Origin: Deltaproteobacteria bacterium
GTDB lineage: Bacteria; Bdellovibrionota_C; UBA2361; JAGFJO01
NCBI GenBank assembly: GCA_024102635.1
Contig: JAGFJO010000006.1
Span: forward strand, 45,909-109,908
Direction of reading: 5' to 3'
Length of the DNA: 64,000 nt
In this document: in pieces, positions 41,257 through 51,780 of the stretch
Numbering within the stretch: the stretch's first letter is position 1
How the letters are laid out: each line of letters opens with the position of its first letter
Program-made: the position numbers and the translations under genes
Notes under the pieces: model-generated
The model's database searches: none
Told to the model about the DNA's origin: nothing
The model's input: only the letters and a program-made list of their open reading frames with translations

Positions 41257-42030
41257 ATGCCTGCCCCTAACGCTTCAAAGCACTTGCCATTAGTAAGCAT
41301 AATAGTAAGAACGGTCGACCGTCCCTACTACCTGCGCGAGTGCCTCACGAGTTTGCTCGTGCAGGACTACCCTAATATTGAAATCATCATCGTAAACGAC
41401 GGGGGAGAGAGCGTGAGTGCCCTGGTCGAGGAATTGGGCCTCCCGTTCCGGCACCAACTTATCGAGCTGAAGGAGAATCGAGGCCGATCGGAGTGTGGAA
41501 ATATCGGTCTTGATCATGCGAGCGGAAAGTACATCGGCTTTATCGATGATGATGACATCTTCTACTCTTTTCACATTTCGACCCTTGTATATAAGCTGAT
41601 CAACTCCAACTACAAGGTGGTCTATTCCGACGGACTGCAAGCCCGGCAGATAAAATGCCCATTCAACGATAAGATGTACTCGACGGTGGAACTTACCTTG
41701 GTGTTATCGGAAGAGTTCGACTTCCAGGATCTTCTTACGCGCAACTACATTCCGATTCTTTGCGCCCTTTTTGACCGATGCTGCATTGAAGAAGGCATTA
41801 GGTTCGACACCTCAATGGACGTACTGGAAGACTGGGATTTTTGGATACGTATAGCAAGGCACTACGACTTTGCCCATTTGAAGCAGATCACCTGTGAATA
41901 CCGCTATCGCTCCGACGGCTCGAATACGGTAGGCCAGCTGGATCATGTTTGGGAATGGTGCCGCAATCACATAAAACATAAGTATTCCATCTTAAGAAAG
42001 GGGCGGGTTAATATGGAGCTGGCAAGCTAG
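41257..42030 (+). CDS. glycosyltransferase family 2
   Basis: VSIIVRTVDRPYYLRECLTSLLVQDYPNIEIIIVNDGG and a DDD motif. Confidence 0.8.
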   Translation: MPAPNASKHLPLVSIIVRTVDRPYYLRECLTSLLVQDYPNIEIIIVNDGGESVSALVEELGLPFRHQLIELKENRGRSECGNIGLDHASGKYIGFIDDDDIFYSFHISTLVYKLINSNYKVVYSDGLQARQIKCPFNDKMYSTVELTLVLSEEFDFQDLLTRNYIPILCALFDRCCIEEGIRFDTSMDVLEDWDFWIRIARHYDFAHLKQITCEYRYRSDGSNTVGQLDHVWEWCRNHIKHKYSILRKGRVNMELAS

Positions 42031-42039
42031 GGAAGGACT

Positions 42040-42840
42040 ATGGGGGATGCTAAAGTTGCATTTGACTTCAACAAGATGACGGTCGAAGAGCAGGAAGCTG
42101 CTATTCAGAAGGTTGTTCAACTGCTTGCAGGTAAGTCGAGCGTTCTATGCATCGGAGCTTCCGCATTAAGGCTTGCCGAGACGCTGGCGGCCTACGAGTC
42201 GCGCCGAGTAACGTTACTCACTGACAACAGCGACTTCATATCCACCGATCAAAGCAGTTCGGTGCGTATCCTAGTTGAGCCGCTTGCTTCAGACAGCTTT
42301 CTATCACGCTTTACGCCCGATGAATTTGATGCGGTAGTGCTAACCGATCCTCCACTTAGCAGCAACACCGTCACCAGCAAGCTCCCGTCGCTACTGACCT
42401 TCTTCACCGGGGCATTGGTCGTATCTATTCCGGAGCTAATCACCGAGGAGCAGGCAATCATAAGAGAGCAGGCACTAGAGATTGAGAGACTTAAGAAGGT
42501 TCTGCGGGTGCGGGAGGAAACGATCTCTTGGTACTCGAAGCGCTTAAGGGAGCATCTAGTTAGTCATTACAAGCTTGAGGGCACACATGCAGAGCGCAAG
42601 CGCGAACATGAATTAAGCAGTGAACTTGAACGAAAGAACCAAGAGTACTCTGCGCTGCTCGCTGACCGCGATCGCATCAAGGACTATGCCGACCGGCTGT
42701 CGCGATATTCCGCCGATCATCTGCCTTTGATTCTGCGCTATCCTGTCAAGGCTCTCATTGCTCTGTGGGCATACGGCCCGCTAGAGCCGATTCGAATCAT
42801 CAGAAAAAAAAAATCTATAAAAAGCCAGCCCGGCAGTTAG
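42040..42840 (+). CDS. hypothetical protein: Rossmann-like N-terminal domain plus C-terminal coiled coil
   Basis: The N-terminus has degenerate MTase-like motifs (VLCIGASA; DAVVLTDPP). Residues ~140-235 are heptad-rich coiled coil. The last codons run through an A10 tract. Confidence 0.45.
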   Translation: MGDAKVAFDFNKMTVEEQEAAIQKVVQLLAGKSSVLCIGASALRLAETLAAYESRRVTLLTDNSDFISTDQSSSVRILVEPLASDSFLSRFTPDEFDAVVLTDPPLSSNTVTSKLPSLLTFFTGALVVSIPELITEEQAIIREQALEIERLKKVLRVREETISWYSKRLREHLVSHYKLEGTHAERKREHELSSELERKNQEYSALLADRDRIKDYADRLSRYSADHLPLILRYPVKALIALWAYGPLEPIRIIRKKKSIKSQPGS

Positions 42841-43784
42841 AAGAACATCCCGCCATAGAAGTTCTCACCCTGGCTTACAACTCCGAGCGCTTTATCGATG
42901 GCTATTTCTCAGCCTTTTCTCGAATTAACTACCCCTTTGAAAAGATAACAATTCGCATCCTGGATAATCACCCGGAGCACGCCTCGTTTAGGCTGATAGA
43001 AGATCGAATCGTTAGACCCGGAACATATCCTATACGCATTGTACTAGAAAAGTCCGAGCGTAATTTGGGTTTTACGGGAGGCAATAATCTGCTTATGGAG
43101 CGGGCGCTGAATGAAACCGATTCTCCATTCGTTTTCCTCCTTAATATGGATACTCGCATCGATCCGGAATGTCTTAGCGAACTGGTTCGCTTCATGCGTG
43201 AGGATAACTCTGCCGGCATGGTGGAGGCGCTACAAGAGCCGCGGGAACATCCTAAAGCCTATGATTTGCGGACATTCGAGACCCACTGGTGCTCCGGAGG
43301 GGGCGTACTAATTGATAGACGCGCTCTCGAGGAGGTCGGACTATTTGACGATCGCTTTTTTCTATACTGCGAGGATGTAGACTTAAGCTGGCGGATGTGG
43401 ATGAACGGGTGGAGGTGCAAGATAAATCCCAAGGCCAAATATGTGCACCTGACCGAGTCAGATGACACCGGCAAGGATCTCACTAATCAGCACTACTACA
43501 GTATGCGCAACTGCTTCTTTATGCACTACAAGTACGATTCCCGGCGTGGCATCAAATCTTTGGAAGCTCTGCTGCGGGAGACGCTTGCGAAAGAGCCCGA
43601 CCCCAAGCAGCGCGCCATATTTGAACGGGCATATAATGACGCCCGGCAGCGGCGGCTTAGCTTTTTCATGGATAAACTTAAGCTTTCTCTCCTTCCTCGC
43701 AGTCAATGGATGGTTTTTGAGGGCTTTTCGTTCGAAAAACGGCGTGCGTTTATTGATGAAGCGGATCGTCGTATTATACTATGA
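42765..43784 (+). CDS. glycosyltransferase family 2 (start uncertain; overlaps upstream ORF across an A10 tract)
   Basis: GT-A fold signatures: IEVLTLAYNSERFID, FLLNMDTRIDPE, and FFLYCEDVDLSWRMWMNGW as the DxD region. Confidence 0.75.
   Translation: MGIRPARADSNHQKKKIYKKPARQLEEHPAIEVLTLAYNSERFIDGYFSAFSRINYPFEKITIRILDNHPEHASFRLIEDRIVRPGTYPIRIVLEKSERNLGFTGGNNLLMERALNETDSPFVFLLNMDTRIDPECLSELVRFMREDNSAGMVEALQEPREHPKAYDLRTFETHWCSGGGVLIDRRALEEVGLFDDRFFLYCEDVDLSWRMWMNGWRCKINPKAKYVHLTESDDTGKDLTNQHYYSMRNCFFMHYKYDSRRGIKSLEALLRETLAKEPDPKQRAIFERAYNDARQRRLSFFMDKLKLSLLPRSQWMVFEGFSFEKRRAFIDEADRRIIL
42804..42813 (+). repeat. A10 homopolymer tract at the junction/overlap of two ORFs
   Basis: Read directly from the sequence. 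Inserting one A would fuse frame 42040 with frame 42765. Confidence 0.9.
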
Positions 43785-43814
43785 ACAGCTAAAGCAGCGA
43801 GTCTAAACACAGTC

Positions 43815-44738
43815 ATGTCAGCGGGGCCCACACTCAACCTTAATTCCTTTAACCATGACATGCACTATTCGGACGGCGAATCCGAACAGCGCCTGCTCGC
43901 CCATTTTAAGGAAGCTAAGAACCCCGAAGACATTCTTTCCCTTTTAACAGATAAGCCCGATTGGCCTACTCTCTATCACCTCTCACCTGAAAGAGAGAAC
44001 CTTCTATCTTGGTTCGATTTCAACTCCGACTGCGAGCTGCTCGAGATCGGCGCCGGCTGCGGAGCTTTAACGGGGCTATTTTGCAGGCGGGCGAGGAAAG
44101 TTACGGCCGTGGAGCTGACCCGTCTTCGCGCAGAGATAATACTTCAACGGTGCAAACACTACAGCAACCTCGAGATCATCGTAGGAGATTTCAACCAGAT
44201 AGAGTTCGAGCGGCCCTTTGACTATGTGACTTGCATAGGAGTGCTTGAATATGCCGGGCGTTACGGCAGATCTGCCAGACCTTACGATCACCTGCTTGCG
44301 CGGACCAGGTCACTGCTCAAGCCGGGGGGGTGCCTTATTCTTGCAATAGAGAATAAGTTCGGTCTGAAATACTGGTCCGGCTGCCGGGAAGATCATACGG
44401 GTCGAATGTTCGAATCCATCGAAGGCTATCCCGGCAGAGATGGCGTCCAGACTTTTGACAGGGGTGAGTTAGAGCGCATGCTCAACACGGCCGGATATTC
44501 CAATCTGCAATTCTACTACCCACTGCCCGACTACAAGCTGCCGGTCGAGATCTTTTCCGACGCCTATCTTCCCTCGCCCAGACACTCGGTCAGGCCTGGC
44601 TTGCTACCTACGCCCGATCCTTCCGGCGAAAGAGCTGAACTTTTCGATGAAGCGCTTGTAATGGATAGTATTATCGGAGCCGGGCAGTTCAGCTTCTTTG
44701 CAAACTCATTTCTTGTCTTTGCAAAGGCTGTCCCATGA
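43815..44738 (+). CDS. class I SAM-dependent methyltransferase
   Basis: Motif I LEIGAGCGALTG, motif II VTAVE, and post-I/III segments. 307 aa. Confidence 0.8.
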   Translation: MSAGPTLNLNSFNHDMHYSDGESEQRLLAHFKEAKNPEDILSLLTDKPDWPTLYHLSPERENLLSWFDFNSDCELLEIGAGCGALTGLFCRRARKVTAVELTRLRAEIILQRCKHYSNLEIIVGDFNQIEFERPFDYVTCIGVLEYAGRYGRSARPYDHLLARTRSLLKPGGCLILAIENKFGLKYWSGCREDHTGRMFESIEGYPGRDGVQTFDRGELERMLNTAGYSNLQFYYPLPDYKLPVEIFSDAYLPSPRHSVRPGLLPTPDPSGERAELFDEALVMDSIIGAGQFSFFANSFLVFAKAVP

Positions 44739-45925
44739 TAATCTATTCAAGATTCAACTCCCGGCGAAGACGGCGCTTTCAGCTGCGAACCAGTGTTGAA
44801 CTGCGAGGCGACACGCTGGTGGTAAGCAAACACGCCATGCAACCAGAAGCTGTGCCGTTTTTGCAGGAGATATTGCTTGCCTACAGCAAGTTGAGCGAGC
44901 TCAAATTGCCATTTGAAATCAATAAACCTTACCGCTCCGAAAAGAATCAGATAAGTTTTGATTACATTGATGCCGACTCACTGGAGTCGCTGTTAATTGG
45001 GTGTTTGAGGCGCAAGCAGAAAGACTCATTTCTTAATATGATAGCGCACTACTGCGAACAGGTACGTTCCTTCCCTCAAGTCCCGCAGCAGTCCGACCGG
45101 CATTTCAAGTCTGTATTTGGAGATCATCCTGCATCCGAATGCGACTGCCTCTCCATAGGATGCCTTGACATAAATTTCGACAATATTCTGGCAAAAGACG
45201 ACGGCTTTGTTCTTATAGACTACGAGTGGACTTTCCCTTTCCCGATACCGGCGGACTTTATAATTTTCCGCGCCATCCTAGGTTTTTACGGCAACAACAA
45301 AAGATTACGCCCAAATTCGCTGGTACCATTAGAAGAGGCATTAAGGCATGCCGCCATAGCACCAGAAAACTTCGAATCTTTTCTGCGGATGGAGAATCGA
45401 TTCCAACAATACGTCTATGACGATATTCCAAGCACCGATACTAACGGTACAAGTGCACTGAGTGAACTCGGCAAAGATCCGCCAACCGAAGGGCCGGCCA
45501 GCCGCCTCGTTGCCATGAACGCCTACCTTCTCTTCTTGGAGAAAGAGAACGCTCTTAAGCAATCTTGGATTATGAAGCTGGAAGACAGCATAAGGGCAAA
45601 GGACTCTTGGACCTCGAAGTTGGAGCAGGACAACTCCAACTTGCGGCACTCAACCGAGGAGCTCAGTAAGCAGCTAACCGAGATCAAGGCCGGACAAGCG
45701 GCTTTATCGCCGACCAAGGTGTACGACTCGCAGCTCCAACCAGTCAAAGATCGCCTAGCTACTCTTGAATCCGAGCTGCAGCGCAAAGACGAGCTTATAG
45801 AGGATTTAGAAAAGACCGTTCTGTCAAAAAGCGAATGGATTTCAAAACTGCAAGAAGAAGTTCTGAGTTTTACATCCTCTCTTCAAGAGCTTCGGCAGCA
45901 GATGGAAGAGTTAACCAAGCGTTAA
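44735..45925 (+). CDS. protein-kinase-like (PKL) fold protein with about 150-aa C-terminal coiled coil (WbdD kinase/ruler-like)
   Basis: Beta-3 Lys context LVVSKH and a catalytic-loop-like CLDINFDNIL (HxDxxxxN pattern with C in place of H). The metal-binding IDYEW resembles the DFG/ChoK IDxE. Then a long heptad-rich C-terminus. Its ATG overlaps the TGA of the methyltransferase (ATGA). Confidence 0.55.
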   Translation: MIIYSRFNSRRRRRFQLRTSVELRGDTLVVSKHAMQPEAVPFLQEILLAYSKLSELKLPFEINKPYRSEKNQISFDYIDADSLESLLIGCLRRKQKDSFLNMIAHYCEQVRSFPQVPQQSDRHFKSVFGDHPASECDCLSIGCLDINFDNILAKDDGFVLIDYEWTFPFPIPADFIIFRAILGFYGNNKRLRPNSLVPLEEALRHAAIAPENFESFLRMENRFQQYVYDDIPSTDTNGTSALSELGKDPPTEGPASRLVAMNAYLLFLEKENALKQSWIMKLEDSIRAKDSWTSKLEQDNSNLRHSTEELSKQLTEIKAGQAALSPTKVYDSQLQPVKDRLATLESELQRKDELIEDLEKTVLSKSEWISKLQEEVLSFTSSLQELRQQMEELTKR

Positions 45926-45990
45926 CCCAGAACCTTTGTGAGTAGCGTAATGGCCCGCGATGGCTCCTTTGATATCCAGAGAGGGAGAAT

Positions 45991-47064
45991 ATGCGAATAG
46001 CATTTGCTCCATCCTCAATGCTACAGGTCTCTCCACAATCGCTCGAGAGCCGCCCTTTGGGCGGAATGGAAACGGCTCTTCTCCGGCTCTCGGAAGCCAT
46101 AGGCCAGGCCGGTCATGAGGTGATCCTCTTAACAGAAGAGCGCAACCCCCGCCTCACCGAACCGCTCCTACTGCCATATACTATGGTGGACCGATTAGGG
46201 GAACTTGATGCTGTCATTAGCGTGCGTGAATGGACTCCGCTTCTGTTGCCCTTTCAGAGCAAGCTCCGTCTTTTCTGGACCGGTGATTCATACGACCTGG
46301 CTCAAAATATAGGGATCGGAGACGCGCGGGTGATTAATAAAATTGATCACTTGCTATGTGTAAGCAATTGGCACGCGCATACCTTGAGCAGCCACTCAGG
46401 CTTTCCTGCTGAAAAGATCTATATACTTCGGAACGGCTTACATCTTCCCTATTTTGAAGGTAGCGAGACACGCCTCAGGAAACGGCTAATCTACTCTTCA
46501 ACGCCCTATAGGGGGCTCAATCTGCTTAAAGATATATACAGTGATCTAGTAAAGAACCATTCTGACCTGGAGCTGCATGTATTCTCAGGCTATCAAGTGT
46601 ACTCGCAGAATGAAAAGAATGACTTTCATCCAAAGCTCGTTCGGGAATTTGAGGCACTTTCAAGGGAAATGAGCCAACTACCCGGATGCGTAATGCACGG
46701 CAATGTAATTCAGAAAGCACTGGCGAGAGAGATGATGCGCTCGAGCATATTGGCGTATCCAAACACCTTCGAGGAAACCAGCTGCATAACGGCTATGGAA
46801 GCTCAGGCAGCAGGCTGCGTGGTTGTGACTTCCGAGCTAGGAGCGCTCCCGGAAACAGTAGGTGACCGCGGCGTGATAGTTAAAGGGAAGCCCGGCTCTC
46901 CCGAATACATGCAGGAATTCAAGTCGCAGCTGAACCGGCTGCTGACGGATGACGGCGCCTGGAACGCCCTTTCATCCGCCTCGTTAGCAGCCGCTAAGCA
47001 GTTTTCATGGAAAGCGATAGCCGAAGAATTTATTAAATTCATCGGCCATAAAGTGGGCGCCTAA
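45991..47064 (+). CDS. glycosyltransferase family 4 (GT-B, retaining)
   Basis: C-terminal EETSCITAMEAQAAGCVVVTSELGALPE (EX7E-type) motif. Confidence 0.85.
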   Translation: MRIAFAPSSMLQVSPQSLESRPLGGMETALLRLSEAIGQAGHEVILLTEERNPRLTEPLLLPYTMVDRLGELDAVISVREWTPLLLPFQSKLRLFWTGDSYDLAQNIGIGDARVINKIDHLLCVSNWHAHTLSSHSGFPAEKIYILRNGLHLPYFEGSETRLRKRLIYSSTPYRGLNLLKDIYSDLVKNHSDLELHVFSGYQVYSQNEKNDFHPKLVREFEALSREMSQLPGCVMHGNVIQKALAREMMRSSILAYPNTFEETSCITAMEAQAAGCVVVTSELGALPETVGDRGVIVKGKPGSPEYMQEFKSQLNRLLTDDGAWNALSSASLAAAKQFSWKAIAEEFIKFIGHKVGA

Positions 47065-47136
47065 AGCGCCCGGCTCTCTGTGGCCATAACTGTTCAGCAC
47101 GGGGGAAAATGCTTACGAGATTCTACCCCCTACACG

Positions 47137-48237
47137 CTACCAGGTCAGTGAAGCGGCCGTCTGATACTCAGTCACGCGCGTCTCAAAAAAGTTCTTCTCT
47201 TTCCCAAGGTCGATCGTTTCGCTCATCCAGGGGAACGGATTCTTCGAGCCGTACTGGCTCTTTAGTCCGATCCTCTCAAGCCGGCGGTCCGCAATATATT
47301 GAACATAATCTCTGAACATCGGCGCTGATAATCCGAGTATCCCGCGCGGCAAACAGTCTACGGCATAGTTGTACTCCAGCTCGACAGCCTGTCTGATACG
47401 ATCCACCATCTGCTGCTGAAACTCCGGCGTCCAGACCTCCGGGCTCTCTTCCTTTATACCGTTGATCAGATCAATTCCGAAGTTAAGATGAATGGTTTCA
47501 TCCCGCAGAATATACTGGAACTGTTCCCCGATGCCGGTCATCTTGTTCTGGCGGTGGAACGAAAGGATCATCACGAAGCCGCTATAGAAGAAGATGCCCT
47601 CCATAATGACGTAAAAGCCTATCAAGTTCTCGAGGAACTTCTGCTTGCCTTCGAAGGTATCGGTGGAGAACTCCGGACGAATAACGTCCGCGGTCAGCTC
47701 CATTTCGAACTTGTCTTTATCGTGAATTGAATTCACCTCGTTGTACATGTTGAAGACCTCCTGCTGATCAAGCGAGAGGGACTCAACTATGTAGTGGAAG
47801 GTATGGGTATGAACTGCCTCCTCGAAAGCCTGCCTTAACAAATACTGGCGCGCTTCCGGGTTGGTTACGTGCTTGAATATCGCAAGTACGATATTGTTCC
47901 CGACCAAACTCTCGGCAGTGCTGAAAAACCCAAGATTGCGCATGATAACACGGCGCTCATCCGCGCTAAGCCTGTCGGACTTCCAAAGCTCTATATCTTT
48001 GCCCATTGGCACTTCAGTCGGCAGCCAGTTGTTTGCGCAGCCGTTAAGGTAATGCTCCCATGCCCACTTATATTTAAGCGGCATTAGCTGGTTTACATCC
48101 ACGGTTTGGCAGTTAATCAACCGCTTGTCGCTCTGGTTGACGCGGCCCTTTCTACCTATCAGATCGGATGAGTTCTCTTGCTCATCGCTGTTTGAACCAT
48201 CGGCTTTCCCCCCGGGGATATCATCAAAATTAAGCAT
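47137..48237 (-). CDS. nrdB: ribonucleotide reductase class Ia beta subunit
   Basis: Ferritin-like di-iron ligands (EEAVHTH ..., [18 protein letters not shown]) and a C-terminal acidic tail for R1 binding. Confidence 0.9.
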   Translation of the reverse strand: MLNFDDIPGGKADGSNSDEQENSSDLIGRKGRVNQSDKRLINCQTVDVNQLMPLKYKWAWEHYLNGCANNWLPTEVPMGKDIELWKSDRLSADERRVIMRNLGFFSTAESLVGNNIVLAIFKHVTNPEARQYLLRQAFEEAVHTHTFHYIVESLSLDQQEVFNMYNEVNSIHDKDKFEMELTADVIRPEFSTDTFEGKQKFLENLIGFYVIMEGIFFYSGFVMILSFHRQNKMTGIGEQFQYILRDETIHLNFGIDLINGIKEESPEVWTPEFQQQMVDRIRQAVELEYNYAVDCLPRGILGLSAPMFRDYVQYIADRRLERIGLKSQYGSKNPFPWMSETIDLGKEKNFFETRVTEYQTAASLTW

Positions 48238-48268
48238 CTCGACCTCCTAAAAAAACATAAATACTCGG

Positions 48269-51200
48269 TTATTGGCAGCTCTCGCAATCTCCGTCCAGAT
48301 TGCAAACTGCCTTAGGTACAGCAATGGCACGGTTTTCAGCGCCGGCGGATTCTCCGCCGGCCGGCGCATCACCGGAACGAGGCTCTTCACCCTCGGACTG
48401 CCGATCCACCTTGATGTTGCTGGATGCCGACTTACTCTTCATCCAGCGCGGCTGCAACCCGCGGCGGTTGATATCGGTGGTGGATTTCTCGATCTGAGTT
48501 GCTCCTAGCGACCGCAGATAGTAGGTAGTCTTAAGTCCCTTGCGCCAGGCATGCAGATACATGTCGTGGAGTTTTTTCCCGCTCGGCTCAGCGATATAGA
48601 GATTAAGCGATTGACCCATATCTATCCACTTCTGACGTCTCGAAGCGCACTCAATCAACCACTCGGGCTCAATCTCGAATGCGGTGAGGTAAATGCGCTT
48701 AAGGTCATCCGGAATTCGCTCAATCTCCATAATGGAGCCATCAAAATACTTCAGATCATCCACCATCTCATGATCCCAAAGTCCGAGCGCTTTCAAGTCA
48801 TTCACCAGGTACACGTTGTACACGATGAATTCACCGGACAGGTTCGATTTGGCGTATAGGTGCTTGTACGCGGGCTCAATCGACTGAGTGATTCCGGTAA
48901 TGTTGGAGATCGTCGCCGTAGGCGCGATAGCCATCGTATTGCTGTTCCGCATGCCGTTCTGACGCACGGCCTTACGTAGCGTCTCCCAATCTAGAGTCGA
49001 ACTTCGATCTACATCTACGTCACCTCCACGCTGCTCCTCCAGCAGTGCGATGGTGTCAATCGGCAGAAGGCCCCGGTCCCACTTCGATCCTTTATAGGTC
49101 GAGTAAGTTCCTTTTTCCTTAGCCAAGTCGCTGGAAGCCAAGATGGCATGGTAGGAGATGAGCTCCATACTCTGATCGGCGAAGTTAACCGCTTCAGGGC
49201 TGGCATAGCTCAAGCGCTGCTCGTAAAGAGCGTCCTGGAATCCCATTACTCCCAGCCCGATTGGGCGGTGTCGCAGGTTGGCATTACGCGCTTCAGGCGT
49301 CGGATAAAAGTTAATATCAATAACGTTGTCCAACATTCTCACCGCGGTCCTTACGGTCGCTGCAAGCAGCTTTGCATCAAGCTTACCGTCCTTTATATGG
49401 GCCGGAAGATTAATAGAGCCGAGATTGCAAACTGCGGTCTCCTCTTTGGAGGTATTCAGCAAAATCTCGGTGCAAAGATTCGAGCTGTGCACCACACCGA
49501 CATGATCCTGCGGCGAGCGGATGTTTGAAGGATCCTTGAAAGTCATCCAAGGATGTCCAGTTTCATAGAGCATGCTGAGCATTTTTCGCCAAATCCCCAT
49601 CGCCTCGACTCTCTTGAAAAGCTTGATCTCCCCCTGGTCAACCATCTTTTCATATTCCTCGTAGCGCTTTTCGAATGCCGTACCGTAAAGATCATGGAGA
49701 TCGGGCACATCGCTCGGGCTAAACAATGTCCATTGTCCATTTGATGCTACGCGCTTCATGAACAGGTCTGGGATCCAATTCGCGGTGTTCATGTCGTGGG
49801 TTCGCCGGCGCTCATCGCCTGTGTTCTTCCGAAGCTCAAGAAAATCCTCGATATCCAGATGCCAGGTCTCGATATAGGCGCACATCGCCCCTTTGCGCTT
49901 GCCGCCCTGGTTAACTGCCACAGCGGTATCGTTAGCAACCTTAAGGAAAGGAATCACCCCCTGACTACGTCCGTTTGTACCCTTAATGCGAGCACCGGTG
50001 GCACGTACATTCGTCCAGTCGTTCCCGAGTCCGCCGGCCCATTTGGATAGCTGAGCGTCATCCGAGATGACCTTAAAGATATGCTGCAGATCGTCCATTA
50101 CGGTGGAAAGATAGCAGCTGCTCAGCTGCGGGTGCATCGTTCCGGCATTGAATAAGGTAGGAGTACTCGAGACAAATCTGAACTGAGAAAGAACGTTATA
50201 GAACTCAACCGCTCTCTGGTTTTTCTGTTCCCCTTCGAGAACGCTCAATCCCATTGCGACCCGCATCCAAAATATCTGCGGAGTTTCAAGGCGGATATCG
50301 TTACTGTGAATGAGATAACGATCGTACAGAGTTTGCAAACCGAGATATGCGAAATTCAGGTCTCGCTTAAGATCCAACGCCTGAGAAAGAAAATCGAGAT
50401 CGAATTCCAGCAGCTTGGGGTCAAGGCGCTCGAGCGAGATCGCCTTGCTTAGATAGCTCTTGAAATATTTGCGGTGCTCCTCTTCCAGTTTTGGGTTGTG
50501 CGCGTCGATGCCGAAAGCCTCACGATAAATCACATCTAGCAGCAACCCGGAGGCGACATAGGAGTAAGCCGGCTCCTTCTCTATTTTGGATCGCGCGGCC
50601 ATAATATTGGCCTGATCGATCTCTTCTGCTTTGATGCCGTCATAGAAGTTGCGAAGAGATTCCTGCAGCACCTCTTCGCTTGAAACCAAACCCTGCTGCT
50701 CAAATTCTTTGCAGGCAAAGGATATGCGGGTGCGAAGATCGCCCTCCGATATAGTAGCCGCGCTGCCATCCCGGCGAGTTACCGAGTAGCGGACCTCAAC
50801 CTTCTCTTCCTGCTCTTTCTCTCCGGTAATCTGAGGTGCAGGCCGGACCTCTTCGGCGGCTGGCTGGGTACGAAGGGCGCTGCGCTGAGCGCGATAAATA
50901 ATAAAATCCTTGGCAACTTGATAGAAGCCTTCCGCCATCATTTGACGCTCAACTTCGTCCTGAATAAGTTCAATCTCTATTGTCGCGCCGCTCTTGGCCC
51001 GCTCAACCGCTTTGGAGACGACTTTATTCGTAAGAAGATTTACTGCGTTAATGATCTCCTGGGGTGAAGGCCCGTCGACTTTGAGCGAAGCGCGGAAAGC
51101 GCGCTCAATCGCCGATGCGATCTTCATTGGGTTGAAACGCACAAAAGTCTTGCCGTCACGGCGCAAGACCTTAAGATTGCGAGGGGAATCGTCTCTTAGC

Positions 51201-51637
51201 TGCTTATGCTCGTCTCTGTAAATTATATAGTTTCTGGCAACCTCGTAGTGACCGCTTTGCATCAGCTTTACTTCAACAAGGTCCTGAATTCCCTCGACGG
51301 TCAGCGCAGCACCCTGCATGGCTTGCTTGCTTAGTTCGTCCGCTACAAGCGCCGTAACCTCCTGAACGGTACTGTAAATCTCTTGAGGAAGTGGAGATGT
51401 TATCGCGATGCTGTTTGTGGCGCGAAAGGCCGCTTCGATGGCAGAGAATATTCTATCGCGCCGGAAGGGCACCAGCATCCCGTTGCGCTTCACAACCGCT
51501 ATCGTGGTGGGCGGCGATTTCGACGGACGCTCAAGGTCCACATTTTTTGCGGACCCATTTTCCTTGGCCTGCTGTGATGTGAGGCCACCGTTTAATCCAT
51601 TATTGGTTGAAGATTCGTTCGATCCGATGCTTTCCAT
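48269..51637 (-). CDS. nrdA: ribonucleotide reductase class Ia alpha subunit with three N-terminal ATP-cone domains
   Basis: Three VxKRDG-type cone starts ([34 protein letters not shown]). Catalytic-core motifs are present. The C-terminal [11 protein letters not shown] is the redox Cys pair. Confidence 0.95.
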   Translation of the reverse strand: MESIGSNESSTNNGLNGGLTSQQAKENGSAKNVDLERPSKSPPTTIAVVKRNGMLVPFRRDRIFSAIEAAFRATNSIAITSPLPQEIYSTVQEVTALVADELSKQAMQGAALTVEGIQDLVEVKLMQSGHYEVARNYIIYRDEHKQLRDDSPRNLKVLRRDGKTFVRFNPMKIASAIERAFRASLKVDGPSPQEIINAVNLLTNKVVSKAVERAKSGATIEIELIQDEVERQMMAEGFYQVAKDFIIYRAQRSALRTQPAAEEVRPAPQITGEKEQEEKVEVRYSVTRRDGSAATISEGDLRTRISFACKEFEQQGLVSSEEVLQESLRNFYDGIKAEEIDQANIMAARSKIEKEPAYSYVASGLLLDVIYREAFGIDAHNPKLEEEHRKYFKSYLSKAISLERLDPKLLEFDLDFLSQALDLKRDLNFAYLGLQTLYDRYLIHSNDIRLETPQIFWMRVAMGLSVLEGEQKNQRAVEFYNVLSQFRFVSSTPTLFNAGTMHPQLSSCYLSTVMDDLQHIFKVISDDAQLSKWAGGLGNDWTNVRATGARIKGTNGRSQGVIPFLKVANDTAVAVNQGGKRKGAMCAYIETWHLDIEDFLELRKNTGDERRRTHDMNTANWIPDLFMKRVASNGQWTLFSPSDVPDLHDLYGTAFEKRYEEYEKMVDQGEIKLFKRVEAMGIWRKMLSMLYETGHPWMTFKDPSNIRSPQDHVGVVHSSNLCTEILLNTSKEETAVCNLGSINLPAHIKDGKLDAKLLAATVRTAVRMLDNVIDINFYPTPEARNANLRHRPIGLGVMGFQDALYEQRLSYASPEAVNFADQSMELISYHAILASSDLAKEKGTYSTYKGSKWDRGLLPIDTIALLEEQRGGDVDVDRSSTLDWETLRKAVRQNGMRNSNTMAIAPTATISNITGITQSIEPAYKHLYAKSNLSGEFIVYNVYLVNDLKALGLWDHEMVDDLKYFDGSIMEIERIPDDLKRIYLTAFEIEPEWLIECASRRQKWIDMGQSLNLYIAEPSGKKLHDMYLHAWRKGLKTTYYLRSLGATQIEKSTTDINRRGLQPRWMKSKSASSNIKVDRQSEGEEPRSGDAPAGGESAGAENRAIAVPKAVCNLDGDCESCQ

Positions 51638-51780
51638 TTCACCCCCAACAACAACTTTACCTTTTTACACTAGCAGCCACACCAACCCGTCAAAGGACAT
51701 AAAAGCCCCTCGGCCCGCTGGAAAGACCCAAATCAGATGGTCGTCCTATGGTATTAGGATTCTATTAAGGATCCCGCAGA

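Noticed and set aside
47065-47136. Possible bidirectional terminator between GT4 and nrdB
   Set aside because: G-rich and C-rich runs are present (GGGGGAAAATGC...ACCCCC), but the stem is imperfect and no U-tract follows. It is not convincing enough to call.
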